Positions 15,934 through 24,573 of a stretch of DNA of 46,428 bases are shown in pieces. The translations under genes and the position numbers were made by a program. Origin of the DNA: Candidatus Aminicenantales bacterium. GTDB taxonomy: Bacteria; Acidobacteriota; Aminicenantia; Aminicenantales; Saccharicenantaceae. Below the pieces are notes generated by a model. The model ran no database searches, was not told the DNA's origin, and was given only the letters and a program-made list of their open reading frames with translations. The DNA lies in assembly GCA_041736225.1 (NCBI GenBank), contig JBGSUG010000018.1, positions 1 to 46,428 on the forward strand, read 5' to 3'. How positions within the stretch are numbered: position 1 is the stretch's first letter; each line of letters starts with the position of its first letter.

Positions 15934-16830
15934 TCACATGAGCTTGGCTGGCAGCCGTATCAGATCGCCCATGATGTTCTGGGCCAAGTCCGTGATATAG
16001 ATATCGATCCCTCCGTTCGGCGAAAAAGTCATCTCGCCGAAATAGGCCCGGCCCCCGACGCTGAAGAAGTCCATGCGGACGAAGGGGAACGGCTTCGAGA
16101 GCTTTTCGGCCGCCGCGATGATCTCTTCGTAGGCGTCCGGTTTGGGGATGTCCCGGTTGGCCGGGAGGCTCGTCTTGCTGTACGCGAGCTTCTTCGTCCA
16201 GCCCAAATCGTAGAAATCGTAATTCGCCCGCTTCTCGTTCCTGTCGGTGCAGGCCATGGTGCAATGGGCCCGCCCGTCGAAGCAATAGACCTTGTAGTCG
16301 CTGACGGGCTTGCCGGAGGGGTCCTGGAGCAAGGCCTCGCAGATGATCCGGGGGACGATCGAGGCGTAGTGGAGCTCTCCCACGATCTGACTGATGTCGG
16401 TCTTCATCCACGTCCGCAGCTTGCTTTTCGTGGCTTCGATGTCGAGACGGGCCTTGTCCTTGCAGAAGATGTTGAAGCCGCACCCGTGCGTCGCCTTCAG
16501 GACGAACTGGTTCGGGAGCCGGCTAAAGTCGATCTCTTCGACGTGCCCATAGACCCCGTAGAGCTCTTTCAGCAGACTCCCCATGCCGTTCTCTTCCAGA
16601 TAGGAGCGTACGGCGTACTTGTCGGCACACCGGACCTTGAGCGGATGGCGCCAATAGAGATTGAGCCAGAGGAGCTTCTCGTCGAACGTCTTCGGGTCCT
16701 TCGTGTTGAACCACTTGCCGGTGGAGCGGTGATAGCGGTAATGGGTCAACAGCAGGGGCGAAACCCGCAGAATGCAGCGGGCCAGCATGTCGCCGAACTT
16801 TTCCTTGAGCCGGTGCGAAGTCACTGTCAT
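15934..16830 (-). CDS. TupA-like ATP-grasp amidoligase (teichuronopeptide-type)
   Basis: TFDEKLLWLNLYWRHPL, ADKYAVRSYL, FVLKATHGCGFNIFCKDK, DYKVYCFDGRA and FVRMDFFSVGGRAYFGEMTFSP. ATG 16830 forms an ATGA overlap with the upstream stop; the tracked 17178 start overlaps the upstream gene. Confidence 0.85.
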   Translation of the reverse strand: MTVTSHRLKEKFGDMLARCILRVSPLLLTHYRYHRSTGKWFNTKDPKTFDEKLLWLNLYWRHPLKVRCADKYAVRSYLEENGMGSLLKELYGVYGHVEEIDFSRLPNQFVLKATHGCGFNIFCKDKARLDIEATKSKLRTWMKTDISQIVGELHYASIVPRIICEALLQDPSGKPVSDYKVYCFDGRAHCTMACTDRNEKRANYDFYDLGWTKKLAYSKTSLPANRDIPKPDAYEEIIAAAEKLSKPFPFVRMDFFSVGGRAYFGEMTFSPNGGIDIYITDLAQNIMGDLIRLPAKLM

Positions 16831-17762
16831 ACCCATTCCGGATTCGAGCCCCACTTTTCGCCGAGGGTCTCGTCCAGGCTGACGATATCGAAGGAGCGGA
16901 AAAGCTCGACACCGACGGGATAGGGCGTCAGCTCTCCGAAATAGAGCTTGTCCTGGAGGCTGTAGAGATCGACTCTCACGAAGTTGAAGCCTTCGGCCAG
17001 GGACTCCGCCAATCGCAGCATGGCCGCGAAGTTCCGCGGCTTGGGAGGGTCGATGTCGTGCTGCTTGAATCCGGGCCTGAAACGGAGCCGGACGAAATCC
17101 CTGTCGACGGAGACGGATCGTGGGTTCTTGTGCCGGTCGAAATGGACCGTGATGAGCTCCGTCCGTCCCGAGAAACAATAGAATTTATAGTCGGTCGGCG
17201 GCTGACCGTGATCGTCGATGTATTCCTCGATGAGGATCAGCGGCCTGATGTTCTTGTAGCCCCAGGCGATCCCCAGATAGGTGTCTTCCGCATAGTTCTC
17301 CGCGAGCCATTTTTTCAGCTTCGCAGCGATGGCGCGGCGGTCGGCCCGCCCCTTATCCGTGACCAGGACGTTGTATTGACAGCCGTGATTCGTTTTGATC
17401 ACGAACCTGTCCGGGAGCCGGTCGTAGGGGATCGCCTCGGGTCTGTCCCCGCTCCACAGGAGGGGGATGAGATGGTCCGTCCCCGCCTTTTTCGCGACAT
17501 AGTCGCGGACGAGGAGCTTGTCCGATATCGTGGTCAGCAACGGATGGCGGGACAACAGCATCCGGCTCCAGAGCTTTTCTCCGAAACGGCGGGGGCTGAT
17601 AAAATTTGGCCAGTAGTGATAGACGGCCAGAAAGGCGATCGCACACATCCCCCGCAGCAGCGGATCGGCTGGCCTGTCCTTCAGGAAGAGCCGGGCGTAG
17701 GTCCGGACGAGGGGATAATAGACGGATTTGAAGAGCTTTTTCGTGTAGTCGATATAAACCAA
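16827..17762 (-). CDS. TupA-like ATP-grasp amidoligase, tandem paralogue
   Basis: RFGEKLWSRMLLSRHPL, SDKLLVRDYV, FVIKTNHGCQYNVLVTDK, DYKFYCFSGRT and FVRVDLYSLQDKLYFGELTPYP. The TTG start at 17762 is uncertain. Confidence 0.8.
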   Translation of the reverse strand: MVYIDYTKKLFKSVYYPLVRTYARLFLKDRPADPLLRGMCAIAFLAVYHYWPNFISPRRFGEKLWSRMLLSRHPLLTTISDKLLVRDYVAKKAGTDHLIPLLWSGDRPEAIPYDRLPDRFVIKTNHGCQYNVLVTDKGRADRRAIAAKLKKWLAENYAEDTYLGIAWGYKNIRPLILIEEYIDDHGQPPTDYKFYCFSGRTELITVHFDRHKNPRSVSVDRDFVRLRFRPGFKQHDIDPPKPRNFAAMLRLAESLAEGFNFVRVDLYSLQDKLYFGELTPYPVGVELFRSFDIVSLDETLGEKWGSNPEWV

Positions 17763-17806
17763 GTGAATCCTGGATGTTTCCTGTCGCGATGCTCTAAGCG
17801 GAAAAT

Positions 17807-17835
17807 ATTCTTGACCAGGTTTGGAAAAAAGTCAA
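17807..17835 (-). promoter_or_regulatory. Candidate promoter for the tandem ATP-grasp genes (minus strand)
   Basis: On the minus strand: TTGACT (17835-17830), 17-nt spacer, AAGAAT (17812-17807). It lies in an AT-rich divergent intergenic region. Confidence 0.3.
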
Positions 17836-17862
17836 GGAGTCCGTTCAGGCTCCCCCGGCGCG

Positions 17863-17891
17863 TTGCTTTTGCCTTATGGGATGGATATAAT
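17863..17891 (+). promoter_or_regulatory. Candidate sigma70-type promoter for GT2 17909
   Basis: TTGCTT (17863-17868), 17-nt spacer, consensus TATAAT (17886-17891). The start codon is 17 nt downstream of the -10 hexamer, so the leader is very short. Confidence 0.45.
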
Positions 17892-17908
17892 TAATTATTC
17901 GCTTAAAG

Positions 17909-18883
17909 ATGGCCATGCCGCTCGTTAGCATTCTGACACCGGTTTTCAACGGGGCCGCCTACCTGCGCCCCTGCATCGAAAGCGTCCTCCGCCAGACCTA
18001 CCGGGATTGGGAGTACGTCATCGTCGACAACTGCAGTCGGGACACGACCCCGGAGATCATCCGCGAGTATGCCCGCCGGGACGAGAGGATCCGGATCGTC
18101 GATAACGCGTCCTTCGTCGGGATCATCGAGAACCATAACATCGCGTTCTCCCAGATGAGCCCGAAAGCCGAATACTGCAAGGTCGTCCAGGCCGACGACT
18201 GGATATGCCCCGAATGCGTCGAGAAATTCGTGAGTCTCTGCGAGGCGAATCCGGCGGTCACGCTCGCGACGGCCTATCGGCTGGACGGCGACCGCATTGG
18301 GCTCAAAGGCCTTCCCGAGTCACAGTCGGTATTCCCTGGCCGCGAGATCGCGAGGAGCTTCTTTTTCGACGAGCGGAGGGACATCTTCGGGTCCCCGACA
18401 TCCTATTTCTTAAGGGCCCGGCCCGTCCGGGCGAATCCTCCCTTTTTCAATCCCTCGAACATGTATGCCGATGTGGAAGCCTGCCTCAGGATCCTCCGGG
18501 AGGGCGATTTCGGCTTCATCCACGAGGTCCTGACCTTCACGAGGCGACCGGAAGACGCACAGACGCCCAAAAGCCACTACCTAAGAATGACCTATCCGTC
18601 CTACCTGTGGATCATGAGGAACCACGGGCGGGCTTTTTTAAGCGAAGCGGAGATGAGCGGACTCGTCGAAAAACACCTCCGGAGCTACTATTTGATGCTG
18701 GCCCGGGACCTGGTCAACTTCCGGCGGAATTGGGGATTCTGGCGCTTCCATATCCGGACCCTGCGGGAGGTCGGATATCCGTTCGATCCCTTCCGTCTCC
18801 TCGCAGCGCTGCCGCATCTGCCCGGAGAGAAGATGCGCAACTCGAAAGACTCGAAAAGTATTTTAAAAACACCGGCGCCGTGA
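17909..18883 (+). CDS. Glycosyltransferase family 2 (GT-A)
   Basis: VSILTPVFNGAAYLRPCIESVLRQTYRDWEYVIVDNCSRDTT and VVQADDW (DxD-like). Confidence 0.85.
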   Translation: MAMPLVSILTPVFNGAAYLRPCIESVLRQTYRDWEYVIVDNCSRDTTPEIIREYARRDERIRIVDNASFVGIIENHNIAFSQMSPKAEYCKVVQADDWICPECVEKFVSLCEANPAVTLATAYRLDGDRIGLKGLPESQSVFPGREIARSFFFDERRDIFGSPTSYFLRARPVRANPPFFNPSNMYADVEACLRILREGDFGFIHEVLTFTRRPEDAQTPKSHYLRMTYPSYLWIMRNHGRAFLSEAEMSGLVEKHLRSYYLMLARDLVNFRRNWGFWRFHIRTLREVGYPFDPFRLLAALPHLPGEKMRNSKDSKSILKTPAP

Positions 18884-18902
18884 CGGCGGACGGACATCCG
18901 GA

Positions 18903-20258
18903 CTAATCCTCGATCAGGAAACTCCTCAAGCTGTCTATGTTCAGGGGGCCTTCCTTCTTCATGATGGCCCGGCCCACGGAGAGGATCAGAAACACGTTCA
19001 TGACCGCTCCCACGAGGGCGTAGGCCATGACGGTCTGATGCGCGGTCAAGAAGATGCCGCCCAGGACCAAAGCGGCCGTCCGGGCGGCCAGCAGACCAAG
19101 TTCGTAAAAAAATACGAATCGCTGGATCCGGATAATCCTTCCGAACAGGACGGCCGGCAAGTTGCAGAACACGACGGCCATCCAGATCATCAGGCTTCGG
19201 GATAGCTCGCCGGCGGTGAACCATTGGGCTCCGAAGATCCAGGCGAAGAGCTGAGGTCCCCAGATGAGCACGACGGTGGTGGGGATCAAGGCCATTGCGA
19301 ACAGGGTTGCTGTCACTTTGACATAGAGCGCCGCCAGGCTGCGGCCCTGATGCTGGCTTTCGCTGGCTTTCTGGAAAAGGACTTGGCGGAGGGCACTCAG
19401 AATGAAGCCCATCGGGAAGGTCAGAACGGTCATGGCGAAGGCATAGGCCCCGGCGATGGGGAGCCCGAAAAAGCGGGTCAATAAAAGAACCGGGAGCCCC
19501 GCGGAGATGGCGTTGATGACATTTTGGGAAGCCGAGTATAAGGGAAAGTCCCTGTACTCCCTGGCCAACTTCGCCAACCCGGTCCGGCGTGTTTTCGTCA
19601 GAAGGGAAGGGAGGTCGGGGAGCAGCACCCTGACGAGGTTGACGCTCGCCGCCACATTGCCCAGGATATTGGAGATGATCAATCCCGGGGCGCCAAGCCT
19701 GAGGAAGCCGAATCCGATAGTCGTTCCCTTGCCGGCGAGGCTCCGGATCACCTGCGATGTGGACGTCACTTTGAAGGCTTTGACCCGGACGGCCCAAGCC
19801 TGGCAGGCGTAATTCAGACCGCTTATAAACGTCGAGAGCACCAGCAGGGCCAGGGGCCAAAAACCCCTGGTCTTCATGAGGCCATTCATAGCGGAGGGGG
19901 CGGCGAGGCAGGCGACGAGCGTCGTCAGACTGACAGCGGCGGTGCAGACGAAGGAGATAGCCAGCAGGCCCAAAGCGTCTTCTCTCTCCTTCGGCAGCAT
20001 GATCGCCTGGCTGTATTCCAGCGTCACCGCAGCACCAATGATGCCGGCGATCGCTCCGAACGAACCCGCGATCCCGAAATCGGAAGGGGTGAAGAGACGG
20101 CTGATGACGGGGGATAGCCCGATGCTGATAACCTGGGCGATGCCCGTACCGGCCATGACGACGAGGATATTCTTGAAGAAGATCGAGGTTTTGATCTTGA
20201 CGATTAGCTCCCGGAGATAGGATCGCTTCACCGGGGTGACGGGGGACGCGCCGCTCAT
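18903..20258 (-). CDS. wzx: Oligosaccharide/polysaccharide flippase (Wzx-like, MOP superfamily)
   Basis: About 12 predicted hydrophobic helices. The N-terminal FFKNILVVMAGTGIAQVISIGLSPVISRLFTPSDFG is typical of the Polysacc_synt family. ATG 20258 forms an ATGA overlap with the upstream stop. Confidence 0.8.
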   Translation of the reverse strand: MSGASPVTPVKRSYLRELIVKIKTSIFFKNILVVMAGTGIAQVISIGLSPVISRLFTPSDFGIAGSFGAIAGIIGAAVTLEYSQAIMLPKEREDALGLLAISFVCTAAVSLTTLVACLAAPSAMNGLMKTRGFWPLALLVLSTFISGLNYACQAWAVRVKAFKVTSTSQVIRSLAGKGTTIGFGFLRLGAPGLIISNILGNVAASVNLVRVLLPDLPSLLTKTRRTGLAKLAREYRDFPLYSASQNVINAISAGLPVLLLTRFFGLPIAGAYAFAMTVLTFPMGFILSALRQVLFQKASESQHQGRSLAALYVKVTATLFAMALIPTTVVLIWGPQLFAWIFGAQWFTAGELSRSLMIWMAVVFCNLPAVLFGRIIRIQRFVFFYELGLLAARTAALVLGGIFLTAHQTVMAYALVGAVMNVFLILSVGRAIMKKEGPLNIDSLRSFLIED

Positions 20259-21625
20259 CGGCGCTCCGGCTCAGCTTCGACAGCGGCCTCGCCGGATTCA
20301 GGAATCTTGCGAGCCTTCTTCGAGGAGCAGACCGTGAAGAGGAGGAGGATGGCGGTCAGCTGGGCCGTGAACGTATCGATCGACGATTCCCCGATATTAT
20401 GGATGGCGGCGACGATGAGATAGCCGATCCACAGGACTCCCCAGCCGACGTCCCGTGAGAGCTCGTCGCGGGCCTTCCGGCCGGACGAGACAAGGAACAT
20501 GGAGACGAGGAGCAACCCGACGATGCCAATCCCAAGGACCACGTCCAGATATCCGGAATGGGCCCCGCTGATCTGGAATGTGGCCCTCGTCCGCGATGTC
20601 CAAAAGCCCCCGAAGCCCTTTCCGACGACGGGGCTCGTCATGACGACCGGGAGAAGCGACGTCCAGACCTGGGTTCGGCCGGTCAGCGTCTCGTCCCGCC
20701 CCGCACTGGACGCGAAGAACCGGATGCCCGACCCGCCGATGAAGACGGTGACCACCCCAAGCAGGATCAGAATGACGATCACGGCCGTGAGAGTGCCGGC
20801 TTTGATCCTTTTGCCGAACTTCTCGAGAAGCAGAACCCAGCCGCAGACGAGCGCCCCGCCCAGGAATGCGTACATCGACGTCGCGGAATAGAAAAGGCTG
20901 TGATCCGGTCCGCCCAACAGGTATAAGGTCAGAAGCAGAAGGAGCGCCTCCGCATGGACCTGGTACTTCCAGACCGACGGACCCTTGTCCTGCCATCTCT
21001 TGACGAGGGACCAGATAAGAAATATGGCGGAGACGACGCAAAGCGAGGCCAAACTATTCTTCTGTTGGGCGACGCCGATCCACTCCTGCTCTCCCGACCA
21101 TGGGCCGTAGTCGACGCCGTAAACCGGGAAATACTTGATGAGAATAAGGGAAAAAGGGATCAGGATGTAGGTCGTTCTGCGGAACAGGCTTTCCATCGCC
21201 TGGCGCGGCCGGGGTTCGGAAAAAACAACGAGGGCCATAAGGACGGCCAAAAGCTCCTTGATCCACCGCTTGAGGGAGACATCGGGGATCTCGGACCAGA
21301 TGATGCTGACCAGCATGAAGACGATGAGGGCCAGGAGCCACGGGCTCTCCTTCAACGCGCCCGCCCATCTGCCTCTTCGGCGGGCTAGTACGGTGAGGGT
21401 GACAAGGAAGAGGACGACGAGAACACCCAGGTCCAAGGGGCCGCTCACGTCCGGATCCCGGTTGCGGGCGTTGAACCAGAGTCCTATGGGCCGGCTGGGG
21501 AGGATAAGCAACCAGATGGTCGGGATCCACAGGGCACGGGTGACTTCAGGGGACTGCTTGCGCTCGAGCCGGAGCAGGTAAACGACCGCCCCGATGCACA
21601 GTGCCAGCGCGAGTAACGGAGGCAA
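20255..21625 (-). CDS. O-antigen ligase/polymerase family membrane protein (Wzy-like)
   Basis: Polytopic membrane protein with a Wzy_C-like motif (GAHSGYLDVVLGIGIVGLLL). TTG start at 21625 is preceded by GAGGAG with about 6-nt spacing. Confidence 0.75.
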   Translation of the reverse strand: MPPLLALALCIGAVVYLLRLERKQSPEVTRALWIPTIWLLILPSRPIGLWFNARNRDPDVSGPLDLGVLVVLFLVTLTVLARRRGRWAGALKESPWLLALIVFMLVSIIWSEIPDVSLKRWIKELLAVLMALVVFSEPRPRQAMESLFRRTTYILIPFSLILIKYFPVYGVDYGPWSGEQEWIGVAQQKNSLASLCVVSAIFLIWSLVKRWQDKGPSVWKYQVHAEALLLLLTLYLLGGPDHSLFYSATSMYAFLGGALVCGWVLLLEKFGKRIKAGTLTAVIVILILLGVVTVFIGGSGIRFFASSAGRDETLTGRTQVWTSLLPVVMTSPVVGKGFGGFWTSRTRATFQISGAHSGYLDVVLGIGIVGLLLVSMFLVSSGRKARDELSRDVGWGVLWIGYLIVAAIHNIGESSIDTFTAQLTAILLLFTVCSSKKARKIPESGEAAVEAEPERR

Positions 21626-21655
21626 AGATATCTCCTCGGCGTCTTATCGCAGGCC

Positions 21656-21685
21656 AATATATCATCCCCGAGGCGGGGGTTTCAA
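21656..21685 (-). promoter_or_regulatory. Candidate promoter for the Wzy-like/Wzx operon (minus strand)
   Basis: On the minus strand: TTGAAA (21685-21680), 18-nt spacer, TATATT (21661-21656). Confidence 0.4.
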
Positions 21686-21698
21686 CGACAAAAAAGGA

Positions 21699-21727
21699 TT
21701 GACCTCGGACCGGTCATCGCATAACTT
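21699..21727 (+). promoter_or_regulatory. Weak candidate promoter for the 21749-27342 operon
   Basis: TTGACC (21699-21704), 17-nt spacer, TAACTT (21722-21727). The -10 hexamer is poor. Confidence 0.25.
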
Positions 21728-21748
21728 AAAAGGGGCGATAAGAACCAC

Positions 21749-22798
21749 ATGAAGATCCTCATCACCGGAAATCTGGGATATGTCGGGCCGTCCGTAGCGG
21801 CATGGCTTCGGGCCTCACGGCCGGACGCCGTCCTGGCCGGCTTCGATATTGGGTATTACAGCGGTTGTACGACGGGCCCATCGGCTTCTCCCGAAGGCCT
21901 GCCGCATGTCCAATATCGGGGCGACATGCGGCGATTTCCCGAACCCTTCCTCGACGGCGTGGATGCCGTCGTCCATCTCGCCGCGATCTCGAACGATCCC
22001 ATCGGGAACCGTTTCGAGGACGTGACGATGGATGTGAACTACCGGGCCAGCGTCGCCCTGGCTCGGGCGTCCCGAGCGGCCGGGGTCAAGTCATTCATCT
22101 TTGCCTCGAGCTGCAGCATGTACGGGGCGGCCGAAGACGGCCCGAGAACGGAGAATGCCCCGTTGAATCCGTTGACCGCCTACGCCCGCTCCAAGGTCCT
22201 CACCGAGCGCGACCTTGAGCCGCTCGGTTCCCGGGATTTCCGGATCACTTCGCTCCGATTCTCGACGGCATGCGGCTGGAGCGAGCGTCTCCGGCTGGAC
22301 CTCGTCCTCAACGATTTCGTCGCCGGCGCGGTGGCGTCTGGCGAGATCTCGATCCTCAGCGACGGCACCCCCTGGCGGCCGCTGATCGACGTCAAAGACA
22401 TGGCCCTGGCCATCGACTGGGCGATTTCACGGGACCGAGAGGGGACCCCGGACTTCCTGGCCGTGAACGTCGGCCGCGAGCAGGCGAACTACCAGGTCAA
22501 GGACTTGGCGGCTGCGGTGGCGACGGCCGTCCCGGGAACGTGCGTTTCGATCAATAAAGATGCTCCGCCGGACAAGCGCTCCTACCGGGTCGATTTCGCC
22601 CTGTACAGGAAGCTCGCGCCGGGTCACCAGCCGGCCGTCGGTCTGGACCAGTCCATCCGGGAACTGAGGTCCGGCCTGGAGTCGATGGGCTTCCGGGACG
22701 CGAAGTTCCGCGAATCGAAGTTCATGCGGCTCAATATCCTCCTGGAACTCCGTAAGAAGGGCCTCCTGAACGACAAACTAGAGTGGACAAAACCATGA
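21749..22798 (+). CDS. NAD-dependent epimerase/dehydratase family protein (extended SDR)
   Basis: MKILITGNLGYVGPSV, FASSCSMYG and YARSK (YxxxK). Confidence 0.85.
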   Translation: MKILITGNLGYVGPSVAAWLRASRPDAVLAGFDIGYYSGCTTGPSASPEGLPHVQYRGDMRRFPEPFLDGVDAVVHLAAISNDPIGNRFEDVTMDVNYRASVALARASRAAGVKSFIFASSCSMYGAAEDGPRTENAPLNPLTAYARSKVLTERDLEPLGSRDFRITSLRFSTACGWSERLRLDLVLNDFVAGAVASGEISILSDGTPWRPLIDVKDMALAIDWAISRDREGTPDFLAVNVGREQANYQVKDLAAAVATAVPGTCVSINKDAPPDKRSYRVDFALYRKLAPGHQPAVGLDQSIRELRSGLESMGFRDAKFRESKFMRLNILLELRKKGLLNDKLEWTKP

Positions 22799-24033
22799 GC
22801 ACAGGTCCATTCTGCAGGTTCTGCGCCTCGCCCCTGAGCCATGTCCTCGTCGATCTGGGCATGTCGCCGCTCTGCGAAAGCTATCTGAGCCCTGCCCAAC
22901 TGAACCGGATGGAGCCGTTCTATCCTTTGCGCGTCTATGTCTGTGACCGCTGTTGGCTGGCCCAGCTCGAGGAATTCGTCGGTCCCGAAGAGATCTTCAC
23001 CGATTACGCCTATTTTTCCTCGTATTCGGATTCCTGGCTGAAGCACGCCGAGAACTACACGGAGGCGATCGTCCGGCGGCTCGGCCTCGGCCCGTCGAGC
23101 TTCGTCGTCGAGCTGGCCAGCAACGACGGCTACCTGCTCCAGTATTTCGTCGGAAAAGGCATCCCCGTCCTGGGCGTCGAGCCGGCGCGGAATATCGCCA
23201 AGGTGGCTATCGACAAAGGCATCCCGACCCGGATCGAATTTTTCGGCGAGAAGCTGGCGGCCGATCTAGCAGCGGAGGGGAAACGGGCCGACCTGATCAT
23301 CGGCAACAACGTGTTGGCGCAGGTGCCGGGGCTCAACGATTTCGTGCGGGGCATGAAGGTCCTGCTCAAGCCGACAGGCGTCATCACCCTGGAGTTCCCG
23401 CACCTCGTCCGTCTCATGGCCGGTAACCAGTTCGACACGATCTACCACGAGCACTTCTCGTATTTTTCGCTGACCGCGGCCGACAAGATCTTCGCGGCCC
23501 ACGGACTGGTCCTTTTCGACGTCGAGGAGCTGCCCACCCACGGCGGGTCCCTGCGGATATACCTCCGCCACAAGGAGGACGGATCGAAAACGGTCGGAGC
23601 GAGAGTCGGCGAGCTTCTGGCGCAAGAGGAGCGCGAAGGCATCAGCCGGCTGGAGACCTACGCGCGATTTTCCGGCCAGGTCCAGGAGACGAAACGCAAG
23701 CTCCTCGAATGCCTGATCGGCATCAAACGCCAAGGGCGGACGATCTGCGGCTACGGGGCGCCGGGCAAGGGCAACACCCTCCTGAATTACTGCGGCATCC
23801 GGACCGATTTCATCGATTTTACCGTCGACCGCAATCCTTACAAACAGGGCAAGTTCACTCCGGGAACCCACATTCCGATCCTGTCCCCGAATCGTATCGG
23901 GGAGACGCGTCCGGATTACATCTTCATCCTTCCCTGGAACTTCCAGGACGAGATCGTCGGGCAGATGTCCTTCGTCCGGGAATGGGGGGGCCGGTTCATC
24001 GTGCCCATTCCCGAAGTCAGGATCGTCGCATGA
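22795..24033 (+). CDS. SAM-dependent NDP-hexose C-methyltransferase (TylCIII-like; N-terminal Zn-ribbon plus class I MTase plus C-terminal C-methyltransferase domain)
   Basis: CRFCASP...CDRCWLAQ zinc-ribbon, FVVELASNDGYLLQ (SAM-binding) and ICGYGAPGKGNTLLNY. ATG 22795 forms an ATGA overlap with the upstream stop and is preferred over GTG 22783. Confidence 0.8.
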   Translation: MSTGPFCRFCASPLSHVLVDLGMSPLCESYLSPAQLNRMEPFYPLRVYVCDRCWLAQLEEFVGPEEIFTDYAYFSSYSDSWLKHAENYTEAIVRRLGLGPSSFVVELASNDGYLLQYFVGKGIPVLGVEPARNIAKVAIDKGIPTRIEFFGEKLAADLAAEGKRADLIIGNNVLAQVPGLNDFVRGMKVLLKPTGVITLEFPHLVRLMAGNQFDTIYHEHFSYFSLTAADKIFAAHGLVLFDVEELPTHGGSLRIYLRHKEDGSKTVGARVGELLAQEEREGISRLETYARFSGQVQETKRKLLECLIGIKRQGRTICGYGAPGKGNTLLNYCGIRTDFIDFTVDRNPYKQGKFTPGTHIPILSPNRIGETRPDYIFILPWNFQDEIVGQMSFVREWGGRFIVPIPEVRIVA

Positions 24034-24560
24034 TCTTCACCGAAACGAGGCTCCGGGGCGCTTTTCTCGTCGACATCGAGAGGCACGAGGACGAACGTGG
24101 ATTTTTCGCCCGGTCCTGGTGCCGCCGGGAGTTCGAGGCGCACGGCCTGAATCCCGGGATCGCCCAATGCAACGTCTCTTTCAACGTCCGGAAGGGGACT
24201 CTCCGGGGGATGCACTACCAGATCGCGCCCTTCGAGGAGGCCAAGCTCGTCCGCTGCACCAGGGGCTCTCTCTGCGACGTTATCGTCGATCTGCGGCCCG
24301 ATTCGCCCACGTTCCGGCAGCACGTGAGCGAGGTGCTGACCGCGGAGAACCGGCGCATGCTCTTTGTGCCCGAGGGTTTCGCCCACGGATTCCTGACGCT
24401 CGAGGACGGGACGGAGGTCTTCTACCAGATGTCCGCGTATCATGCGCCGGAGCGGGGGAGAGGTTTCCGCTGGAACGATCCGGCCTTCGGCATCCCTTGG
24501 CCGGCCGAGGTCGAGGTCATCTCGGAGCGGGACAGGCGTTATCCCGATTTCGGCGGCTGA
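24030..24560 (+). CDS. NDP-4-dehydro-6-deoxyhexose 3,5-epimerase (RmlC-like cupin)
   Basis: DERGFFARSW, GTLRGMHYQ, AKLVRCTRGSLCDVIVDLR and VPEGFAHGF. ATG 24030 forms an ATGA overlap with the upstream stop. Confidence 0.85.
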   Translation: MIFTETRLRGAFLVDIERHEDERGFFARSWCRREFEAHGLNPGIAQCNVSFNVRKGTLRGMHYQIAPFEEAKLVRCTRGSLCDVIVDLRPDSPTFRQHVSEVLTAENRRMLFVPEGFAHGFLTLEDGTEVFYQMSAYHAPERGRGFRWNDPAFGIPWPAEVEVISERDRRYPDFGG

Positions 24561-24573
24561 TGGGACCCGCACG

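Noticed and set aside
16831-17178. N-terminal extension of the tracked ORF 15934..17178
   Set aside because: It overlaps the upstream ATP-grasp gene out of frame and encodes R/P/A/G-rich sequence. The family-conserved N-terminus starts right after ATG 16830.
18688-19860. 390-aa minus-strand ORF overlapping wzx in another frame
   Set aside because: The Wzx frame gives about 12 hydrophobic helices and a family-typical N-terminus. The alternative frame is R/P/G-rich.
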